Below are positions 12,541 through 20,124 of a DNA stretch of 64,000 bases, in pieces. The first letter of the stretch is position 1; each line of letters begins with the position of its first letter. The stretch spans positions 34,745 through 98,744 of the forward strand of contig NZ_JALCUA010000002.1 of NCBI RefSeq assembly GCF_022655035.1. Direction: 5' to 3'. Position numbers and translations under genes: made by a program. The stretch comes from Bifidobacterium tibiigranuli. GTDB taxonomy: Bacteria > Actinomycetota > Actinomycetes > Actinomycetales > Bifidobacteriaceae. The notes under the pieces are model-generated. The model was not told the DNA's origin and ran no database searches. It was given only the letters and a program-made list of their open reading frames with translations.

Positions 12541-14910
12541 ATGAGACGTTTAACGAGGGCGGCCGTCGCATTTTTGGCCGCAGTGTGCACGATGTTCGTA
12601 AGCGCTGGAGCGCTGGTGCTGAGTTCCGGTCAAGCTCAGGCTGCCGATAATACATGCGTAGTCGATCAAAGCACTATCGCCCAGTGCTTCCCGGATCCGG
12701 CGCTTGCACAGGCTGTTGCGAGTGGACTCGGAACGCACATTACAACGTCGAATATTTTGACCTCGACCGCTGTGAAATATACGACGAGTTTAAGTGTTAT
12801 TTCTGGTACGGTTTACAGCTTGAAAGGTGTTAATTCTCTTACCAATCTCAGATGGCTGTGGCTTAATGGTAGCGAAGTATCAGATCTTTCCCCTGTAAGC
12901 ACTATGACAAGTCTTGAAAGCCTAGCTTTGGAGAAGAATCAAATTTCTGATTTGTCCCCATTAAAGAATCTCACCAATCTTAGAGATCTGTGGCTGCGAT
13001 CAAATCGCATTACAGATCTTACGCCCCTAGCGGGCCTCCCCAATCTTGATAGCAACCTTGATCTTTCTGATCAATATGTATCGTTGCCGTCAGTTAGTGG
13101 CACAAAAGGCGTCGTTATACGCACCGCAAAGAATGTGGATGGCACCTATATTGCGCCTTATGCTTTGCAGCCTTCCTCTGGCGTATATGACGCGAAAACC
13201 GGTGAAGCGTCTTGGACGAATCTTACAAGTGGGAAAACCGCTTCTCTGAATGTAGATACACCGGTCACAATCGGAAGCACTAGTGCTCGCTACTCCTTAC
13301 AGATTGACCAGCCATACACGCTGTCGGCCAATGTTTCGTTCGATGCGAACGGCGGAAAGTTCGCCGACAAGTCCACGCTGCAGACCAAGGCGGCGACCGT
13401 GGGCAGTGGATATGTTTTCCCGCAAGAGCCATCGCGCCAGGGATACTCGTTCGACGGATGGTACACATCTGCCGAGGGAGGGACCCAAGTCAATTCATGG
13501 GATACCGTCCCTGATTCCTCAAGTCGCACATTATATGCGCATTGGTCGGTGAAGCCTATTGCGGTCACGTTCGATGCTAATGGCGGTGCCTTCTCGAACG
13601 GAGCATCGGCGCAGGAGAACGACATTAAGCCGGGCAGCAAATATGTGCTGCCGCCAAATCCGTCCCGTGTCGGTTACTCATTCGACGGTTGGTACACCAA
13701 GGCAGTTGGCGGAAACAAGCTCGATGGTTCTGCGACAATACCCAGCAACGTCGATTCGCAGACCTTCTACGCGCATTGGGCCGCAAATTCAGTTGTGGTC
13801 ATGTTCGACGCGAACGGCGGTGCGTTCTCGAACGGCAGCTCAAGTCAGAAGCTGAATTCGACATTCGGGAAACCGTACACATTGCCTGCGAATCCAACTC
13901 GCGCAGGCTATTCTTTCGCTGGCTGGTATACCGGCAAGGATGATTTCTGGCCTGGAAACCAGATAACAGCAGCATCCGTGGTCTCAGACGTTTCTGATCA
14001 AACGTTGTACGCCCATTGGGATGTGCAGCCAGTGAACGTATCGTTCGACGCAAACGGCGGAAAGTTCTCTGACGGCTCCGGGCTGCAGAAGCGAACCATG
14101 ACATTAAACGAGTGGTATGACTTACCCGAGAATCCCTCGCGCATTGGCTACTCCTTCAACGGCTGGTACACGGCCAAAAGCGGAGGAACGCAAGTCGATG
14201 CCTTCACCACGGTCACCGCAACTTCCAGCCGCGCCCTATACGCACAATGGACTGCGAATTCGGTCACAGTCACATTCGACACGAATGGCGGCACATTCCC
14301 CAATGGGGCCCCTACCCAGATAAACGACCAGAAATTCGGCGACGCATACTCCCTGCCCAGCAACCCGACACGGACCGGCTACACCTTTAACGGCTGGTAC
14401 ACAGCCAAAACAGGTGGCAACAAGATTACGGCATCCGCAACAATTGCTGCAGCCGGCAATCAAACGTTGTATGCACAATGGACTGAGAACAAGGCAGTGC
14501 CGGTTGCTGTGTACCGCGTTTACAACAAGAACTCTGGTCTGCATCATTACACGACGAATCTGGGTGAGAAGAATGCGTTGGTTAAGCTGGGTTGGAAGTA
14601 CGAGGGCGTGTCGTTCAACGCGGCCACGCAGGGCTCGGCTCCCGGCTTGAAGCCGGTCTATCGTGAGTACAATCCGCATGATGGGAATCACAACTGGACG
14701 CTGAACCAGGCGAAGCACAGCAAACTCGTGAGCCTGGGCTGGCATGACGAGGGCGTGGCGTGGTATGCGAACCCGGCTGGGCCGGTTACGGTCTACCGCC
14801 TGTATAATCCGCATTCGGGCGAGCACGTGTATACGACGAGTGCGAAGGAGTATGCGGTGGTTGGTGCGGCCGGCTGGCATCAGGAAGGCACCGCTTGGAA
14901 AGGCCTGTGA
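12541..14910 (+). CDS. Secreted internalin-like surface protein: signal peptide, internalin cap + LRRs, Ig-like region, five InlB B-repeats (Listeria-Bacteroides repeat), C-terminal DUF5648-like module
   Basis: Signal peptide ending AQA|ADN; cap 'IAQCFPDPALAQAV'; 22-aa LRRs (LTNLRDLWLRSNRITDLTPL); five 'V.FDANGG...P.R.GY.F.GWYT...TLYA.W' repeats; 'VYRLYNPHSGEHVYTTS..E...GW..EG.AW'. No LPXTG motif. Confidence 0.85.
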   Translation: MRRLTRAAVAFLAAVCTMFVSAGALVLSSGQAQAADNTCVVDQSTIAQCFPDPALAQAVASGLGTHITTSNILTSTAVKYTTSLSVISGTVYSLKGVNSLTNLRWLWLNGSEVSDLSPVSTMTSLESLALEKNQISDLSPLKNLTNLRDLWLRSNRITDLTPLAGLPNLDSNLDLSDQYVSLPSVSGTKGVVIRTAKNVDGTYIAPYALQPSSGVYDAKTGEASWTNLTSGKTASLNVDTPVTIGSTSARYSLQIDQPYTLSANVSFDANGGKFADKSTLQTKAATVGSGYVFPQEPSRQGYSFDGWYTSAEGGTQVNSWDTVPDSSSRTLYAHWSVKPIAVTFDANGGAFSNGASAQENDIKPGSKYVLPPNPSRVGYSFDGWYTKAVGGNKLDGSATIPSNVDSQTFYAHWAANSVVVMFDANGGAFSNGSSSQKLNSTFGKPYTLPANPTRAGYSFAGWYTGKDDFWPGNQITAASVVSDVSDQTLYAHWDVQPVNVSFDANGGKFSDGSGLQKRTMTLNEWYDLPENPSRIGYSFNGWYTAKSGGTQVDAFTTVTATSSRALYAQWTANSVTVTFDTNGGTFPNGAPTQINDQKFGDAYSLPSNPTRTGYTFNGWYTAKTGGNKITASATIAAAGNQTLYAQWTENKAVPVAVYRVYNKNSGLHHYTTNLGEKNALVKLGWKYEGVSFNAATQGSAPGLKPVYREYNPHDGNHNWTLNQAKHSKLVSLGWHDEGVAWYANPAGPVTVYRLYNPHSGEHVYTTSAKEYAVVGAAGWHQEGTAWKGL

Positions 14911-14986
14911 TAGTTTCCTGCGGGTGTGGCGTGGCATTGCGAGGTGTTGGGCTGTATGAATTGAATGCTATCGTCTGAGCTCGGAT

Positions 14987-15053
14987 ACTAATGCGAAGGC
15001 GGGTGGACTGATTCCTCGATAAGAGGAGCCAGCCCGCCCGCCTTCGCATTAGT
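14987..15053. terminator. Long hairpin (terminator or REP-like) at the left edge of the three-gene module
   Basis: Perfect 17-bp arms 14987-15003/15037-15053, extended by an imperfect inner stem closing a GATAA loop. Confidence 0.65.
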
Positions 15054-15146
15054 CTAGATACCGTACGCATCGCGCATGTCATTCAAAGTGTGAAGTAGAA
15101 TGTGAAGTGTCGGCGATGAAATACTGGATAAAGGAAGTAGGGCAAG

Positions 15147-15938
15147 ATGTCCCAGACACTATTAAAGTCTCCGCTTACACTTGTTTTGACGCGTGTCGAA
15201 TTTAATGCTGAACTGACTGCTCTTTCTGCTGAAGGATGGCCTAAGCTCGATTCTATTATGCAGTCAATTGGATTCCCTGCTGCGAATACTGTTAATGACG
15301 CCACAATTCAACTCACTCCTGCGGGGCCTATGCAGGTATCTCAAGGTAGTCGCCGTGTCTATCAGGATGCAAATGGCGGATTGCGTGTTTCCGTGGCTCC
15401 GCAATTTATCGCGCTATATGCCGGACGTGTGAACGATGTAATTGCCTATGAAGACCACGAAGCCTTTCTTAGCAAGTTTCGGGAGATTATTACGGCACTG
15501 ATGCCAATTGTGGGCGAAATGCCTGTGACGAGAACCGGGTATCGCTACGTGGATCAGCTGATCGGCGAGGATTTTACGCAAGTGGATAAGTTGCTGCGTC
15601 CTGCATGCAGGGGCGTATTGCCGTCCGAGGTTCCCCAAGGTGCTCAACTGCTTGCATCGGCTTTGCGTGCGCAGTTTTCTTATACCAATTCAGATAATGT
15701 TCAGCCTGACGTGCTTCAGATGCAAAGCGGCCAGATTCCCAAAGGCCAGCCGATTGACCCAGGCGTGCCGGTTCTTGACCAAGATTCGTGGGTTTTGGAT
15801 ATTGATACATCGGCCTTTGCTCCGGTAGCTTTTACAGCCGATGTGGTTATAGCAACTGCGTCTCGGCTGCAGCAGCGAGCTAGGGAATTTTTTGAGAATA
15901 CTGCAGTTACTGATGAATTCGAGCGTCGATTCCGCTGA
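15147..15938 (+). CDS. TIGR04255-family protein (function unknown)
   Basis: 263 aa with the family pattern 'SPL..V...VEF', 'VTRTGYRYVDQL', 'VLDIDTS', 'REFFE..VTDEF..RF'. Confidence 0.8.
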   Translation: MSQTLLKSPLTLVLTRVEFNAELTALSAEGWPKLDSIMQSIGFPAANTVNDATIQLTPAGPMQVSQGSRRVYQDANGGLRVSVAPQFIALYAGRVNDVIAYEDHEAFLSKFREIITALMPIVGEMPVTRTGYRYVDQLIGEDFTQVDKLLRPACRGVLPSEVPQGAQLLASALRAQFSYTNSDNVQPDVLQMQSGQIPKGQPIDPGVPVLDQDSWVLDIDTSAFAPVAFTADVVIATASRLQQRAREFFENTAVTDEFERRFR

Positions 15939-16026
15939 TATTTTCGTTGTGCAGTTGGGTGGTGTCTGGTCAAGATTCGAGAAAAGTCTCTAGTCAATTA
16001 CGCGACGTACCCTAAACCATGAGAGA

Positions 16027-16674
16027 GTGATAGTTATGGAACAACTTGTGCAGAGACGCATCGGCTCAACAACAACGGCTGCTGTACTTGTTTTTGGACT
16101 CATGGCACCTGCCGTTTCACCTATATGGAGTGATTGGTCACTAAACGGCGGACTGCCATTTGCACAGCAGAGCACCGCGTATTTTGACAGTTTTTTTGCG
16201 GAACCGGGCAGTTCGACTGTTACTGCTGCCCTTCCAGGCATACCGACATTGAGACAAGTGACAGCTCAACTTGTTGATTCTCGCAGTCGTTCGTCGGACT
16301 CAGCCGATGAGGACGATTCGCCGAATACCGGTGCCTTGATTCGCGAAGTGCAGGAACGTTCGGGGCTTACAGGTCAGCAGTTAGCTAAGGTGCTGGGCGT
16401 TTCCCGCCGCACGCTGTATCTATGGGCGAACGGAGGAACGATGAGTGCGGCGCATAGCGAGTCGCTTGCTAAATTCGATGCTCTTGTTCGTGAATATGAT
16501 GCCGAAGATCCATCCGCCACGAGATTGGCCCTGCTGAGGTCAGATGTCGATGGTTTGAGTGCATTCGATCGCTTCCGTGTTGAGCGCGATGCCGCTTCTC
16601 CTGAAATTACCGATTTCCTGTTGTCCGCATCCAAGCTTCTCGCTCCCAATATCCCTGACGCACAAACGGTATAG
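16027..16674 (+). CDS. XRE-type HTH protein with a ~100-aa N-terminal extension (antitoxin-like)
   Basis: 'LIREVQERSGLTGQQLAKVLGVSRRTLYLWANG' is a classic XRE HTH. Start may be the GTG at 16027 or the ATG three codons later (MEQL). Confidence 0.75.
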   Translation: MIVMEQLVQRRIGSTTTAAVLVFGLMAPAVSPIWSDWSLNGGLPFAQQSTAYFDSFFAEPGSSTVTAALPGIPTLRQVTAQLVDSRSRSSDSADEDDSPNTGALIREVQERSGLTGQQLAKVLGVSRRTLYLWANGGTMSAAHSESLAKFDALVREYDAEDPSATRLALLRSDVDGLSAFDRFRVERDAASPEITDFLLSASKLLAPNIPDAQTV

Positions 16675-16691
16675 CTTCGAAAGACGATGAT

Positions 16692-17615
16692 ATGACAAGC
16701 CCCTACTCCATGCCGCTGCGACAAGGTGATGTGCTCGCGACACTGAACCAGATTCCTGAATTTACAGGAATCGACAGGATGGTTGAGTGGCAGACTGCTC
16801 CTCTGGGCCTCGTCGTAGTTTCGCAAACATGTGATGCGATACGTGACTCGTGCATTCAAGTTGCACCAATCGTTGAACTCGAAGGAGATTTGGCGCGGCA
16901 GGCACAGGTCGGACGGCGACCACGGTACGCCCCTCTTGCCGAGAATAGTGAAAACTCGAAGTTCGCTGACCTTAGCCATATCATGACCATTAATCGTGGC
17001 CAAGTAGTGACGGCAGAAGACGGTACTCCTTCTCCGGAGGGGCTTGTTAGTGTTGCCGCGGAAAAGCTTTTCCGCAATTTTGTAGGACGTCGCTTCGCAA
17101 GGTTCCCTTTTCCCGATGAGGTAACGGACTGGTGCAGGCCGTTGACCGACAAAGTTGCGCCAAAAGCTAGACACGCGGATACCAAACCTGAAGGTGCTCG
17201 GCTTGATGAGATTAAAGAGATACGGGTTGCCGCGTCTAGCGGATGGTCGCAACCACCATTTCATTTGCAGCTCGATTTCCTTGTTGAGCCGGGCATCCTT
17301 CCGGAGCCGGATCGAGATCTCGCAAATGCTGAGCGGGAAAGGCTGCTGAGCATGCCAGCTTCCTCTCTTGCTGCTGAGATTGATGCGTTGAGGCATAACG
17401 CTGACGAAGGCGCAGCTACAATGCGGGCGTTCGCGTGGAACCAACTTATTACTTGCTGGGTGGAGAGTTGCAATGGCAAGTACAGCCAAGAGCGGAACAA
17501 TGGAGTTCAAGTTCATGGGGACGGTCGGCTGTGGGATCTAGATGACTACCCATATTCACAAGCATTGCGTTCGGAACGCCTCGACTTGGATTATCTGAGT
17601 CGTTCCGGCGAATAG
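16692..17615 (+). CDS. Hypothetical protein with an N-terminal MazF/PemK-like barrel and an unknown C-terminal domain
   Basis: 'LRQGDVL...LVVVSQTCD...IQVAPIV...FADLSHIMTI' follows the MazF GD / VVxS / V.P spacing. 17 nt gap after the previous gene. Confidence 0.55.
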   Translation: MTSPYSMPLRQGDVLATLNQIPEFTGIDRMVEWQTAPLGLVVVSQTCDAIRDSCIQVAPIVELEGDLARQAQVGRRPRYAPLAENSENSKFADLSHIMTINRGQVVTAEDGTPSPEGLVSVAAEKLFRNFVGRRFARFPFPDEVTDWCRPLTDKVAPKARHADTKPEGARLDEIKEIRVAASSGWSQPPFHLQLDFLVEPGILPEPDRDLANAERERLLSMPASSLAAEIDALRHNADEGAATMRAFAWNQLITCWVESCNGKYSQERNNGVQVHGDGRLWDLDDYPYSQALRSERLDLDYLSRSGE

Positions 17616-17742
17616 CGCGACTTGGGTTTGCACTCTATCACCTCGGGTATTTGCGAGGCTGTAAATTGTAACGGTTTGGACCTTCTGTGTTGGTTTATGC
17701 GCAGCGTTGCGGATACGTTGGGGTAACAGCAAATCATGCAGC

Positions 17743-17818
17743 AAGCAATTCCCGCACTGACCTTGCTATCATGCGGGGAATGTGATGGTTGACTGGCTTG
17801 AAATGACGCAATTCCCGC
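17743..17818. repeat. Second copy of the TCCCGCA/TGCGGG REP-like hairpin family
   Basis: AAGCAATTCCCGCAC-N10-ATCATGCGGG has the same arms and spacer length as 2153-2187; a further GCAATTCCCGC half-arm at about 17808-17818. Confidence 0.7.
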
Positions 17819-17922
17819 GCAGGGCCTGAGCAGTCTCAAGGGGCATCGCAGCACCTCCGATGGGCTGTTTTCCTGCTTGCTGATGCTGCGGTGCTCCCGC
17901 GATGCCCAGTGCCCAGCGCGAT

Positions 17923-18990
17923 TCAGCTATGGTCTTTCTGTCGCTGTCGGCTCCGCTGCCGACGCCACTGGACGATTACCGAGGCCAGTGACGCTATATT
18001 CGCAGCAAGCAGAGCAAAGCCGAAGCTGTTGGAAAATGCGCCATGGCCCATATATCCGAGCCAGAGTGCGGTGACATAGACAATGTCGACCAGCACGATG
18101 GCACCATACAGCCACACACGGCTCAGCTCTTTATGCGGGGAGCGCGGGAAGCGCTGCGCATATACCTCGGCAGGGCCGAATTCCTCCACCAGTTTTGATT
18201 CCGATTGCGCCGCATATTGTCGGGCGTCAGTGCAGATCTGCCTGACACGCCGTGTGGATATGTCGCCGCGCGACTGCAACGCTCCGGCAAGGTCTGAAAG
18301 CCACGCTTCATCATCGGCAAACAGGTCGTCGGCCGACAGGCCGGAAAGCTCAGGCTCCGGCGGCCATAGCCTTCCGGTAATCCACGTCACGAGGGCATAC
18401 ACCGCCGCCGCAGGCAGCATGATGAGCCACATTGCCACCCGTGCCATCGGAATTTGCTGAATAAGCCACGCATATCCCGCAGTCGCACAAGTGCCGATTA
18501 CAACAAGAACGGCGCATGACAGCACTGCCGCCGGCATAGGTCTGGTCTGAATGACACGCTGATATATGCCCATGCATCCAACGATTATCCAGGATATCAG
18601 CAGCGGCATGGCAGCGATGGCTACAGGCAGCCTGTCACTCCCTTCGATGCAGAACATCACGGATAACACGCTTGCCGAGGCAAAGCCCACGAGGACTAAA
18701 TCACGTACTGGGAGCACTTGCGTTTGGAAGGCGTCAATCCCCATTTCCCGCCATTGCCGAACCTGTTCATCCGCCCATTCCTGCGGTTCCCCGAATAATT
18801 CGGCTATCGCTTCGTCGGATTCAGCCAGAGTCTCCGGAACGCCATCGAAAGCGAGGCGCGCATGATGAACGTCAACATGGTCATCGATGAAAGCGAGAAC
18901 GGCTCTGGCAAACCATTTCGTATCTTCCGCACGCCCTCGTACGGCAGCGAACCGCTCTTCCACATCATTCAATGGTTGATTGCCAGCCAT
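17923..18990 (-). CDS. Membrane protein with two HAAS/DUF1700-like helical domains
   Basis: Two repeats 'W...L...l...E....ELFGEP.EWA' and 'WLSDL...L..RG......EEFGPAEVYA', each followed by TM helices; start overlaps the padR stop. Confidence 0.65.
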   Translation of the reverse strand: MAGNQPLNDVEERFAAVRGRAEDTKWFARAVLAFIDDHVDVHHARLAFDGVPETLAESDEAIAELFGEPQEWADEQVRQWREMGIDAFQTQVLPVRDLVLVGFASASVLSVMFCIEGSDRLPVAIAAMPLLISWIIVGCMGIYQRVIQTRPMPAAVLSCAVLVVIGTCATAGYAWLIQQIPMARVAMWLIMLPAAAVYALVTWITGRLWPPEPELSGLSADDLFADDEAWLSDLAGALQSRGDISTRRVRQICTDARQYAAQSESKLVEEFGPAEVYAQRFPRSPHKELSRVWLYGAIVLVDIVYVTALWLGYMGHGAFSNSFGFALLAANIASLASVIVQWRRQRSRQRQKDHS

Positions 18991-19388
18991 GATGCCTCGT
19001 CCTTCCCCGCAGTATCCACGGCTTCCTCCGCACCGGGACCAGCGTGCAGCGCCGCAGCTAGTGCGCTCCACTGCTTCCGTTCGTCACGCAGGCGACTTTG
19101 CCCTGCATCCGTGAGCGCATATACCTTTCGGCCCGGTCCGGAGCTGGCTTCCTCCCATTGGGAGGTGAGCCAGCCGCCTTCGGTCAACTCATCGAGGATC
19201 GGATACAGCGAGCCTCCTTTGGGCCTTCCGAAACCGTTGGCTTCCAACGCCAACACGATGCCATAGCCGTGCAGGGGCTCGTGCTCCACGGTTTGCAGAA
19301 TCGCAGTGCGCATTGCTGCGCGAATCCATAATGCGGGCCAGCGGGCGGCGTCAGCAGTGTGACGAGCCGACTTATTAGTTTCGAACAT
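18969..19388 (-). CDS. PadR-family transcriptional regulator
   Basis: 'HGYGI...GSLYPILDELTEGGWLTSQW...GPGRKVYALTDAG'. Confidence 0.92.
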   Translation of the reverse strand: MFETNKSARHTADAARWPALWIRAAMRTAILQTVEHEPLHGYGIVLALEANGFGRPKGGSLYPILDELTEGGWLTSQWEEASSGPGRKVYALTDAGQSRLRDERKQWSALAAALHAGPGAEEAVDTAGKDEASWLAINH

Positions 19389-19416
19389 ATATCTAAGTAT
19401 ATCATATATCTAGATA
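19386..19416. promoter_or_regulatory. Candidate PadR operator / AT-rich divergent promoter
   Basis: CATATATCTA repeated at 19386 and 19403; palindrome TATCTAGATA at 19407-19416, right at the padR start. Confidence 0.5.
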
Positions 19417-19532
19417 GTTAAATTGTATATGGCAGCAAATTACCGCGTCATTGGTACTAGGGGATTAGGTTTTATATGATAAGTCCGGCAGAGAACATTC
19501 AGCACAACTTTTGGAGAAGGAAGACAGCAGTC

Positions 19533-20000
19533 ATGGAAGCAACGCACAAGGGCACCCGCAACGTCATCGTCGTCAATGGACCGAATCTGGGGCGCTTGGG
19601 CGTGCGCGAGCCCGACGTCTATGGCAGTGACGACCTGGCCGCGCTGACCAGGCTGTGCGAAGGCTGGGGCAGCGAGCTCGGCCTGCATGTCGAAGTGCGC
19701 CAGAGCGACGACGAAGCCGAGATGATCGGCTGGATGCATCGCGCCGTCGACGAGCAGACACCGGTGGTGATGAACCCGGCGGCCTTCACTCATTACAGCT
19801 ATGGCCTGTCCGACGCCGCCCACATGGTTACGGACGCGGGATTGCCGCTTATGGAGGTCCACATCTCCAATCCCTCGGCGCGTGATTCCTTCCGCAAGTA
19901 CAGCGTGATTTCACCGGTGGCCACCGGCACCATCACCGGCATGGGCTTCTACGGCTACCGGCTGGCCCTGGAGGCGGTTGCCCACCTCCTTGGTGCGTAA
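19533..20000 (+). CDS. aroQ: Type II 3-dehydroquinate dehydratase
   Basis: VVNGPNLGRLGVREPDVYG, NPAAFTHYS, EVHISN, G.GFYGY.LAL. Confidence 0.96.
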   Translation: MEATHKGTRNVIVVNGPNLGRLGVREPDVYGSDDLAALTRLCEGWGSELGLHVEVRQSDDEAEMIGWMHRAVDEQTPVVMNPAAFTHYSYGLSDAAHMVTDAGLPLMEVHISNPSARDSFRKYSVISPVATGTITGMGFYGYRLALEAVAHLLGA

Positions 20001-20089
20001 CGGAGCCTTTGGCTCCGTTCTTCGCAGCCTTAACGGCTGCTCACCTCACCTACAGACAGTCCACTGGACTGTCTGCTTAACGGTTCAGC
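19999..20089. repeat. Multi-hairpin dispersed repeat (70-nt core plus adjacent hairpin)
   Basis: Hairpins AACGGAGCC/GGCTCCGTT, GCAGCC/GGCTGC and CAGACAGTCC/GGACTGTCTG. The reverse complement of 20020-20089 aligns without gaps to 49619-49688 (55/70 identical). Confidence 0.8.
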
Positions 20090-20124
20090 GCACAAGTCAT
20101 ATGCGAATGATAGATTGAAGTTCC

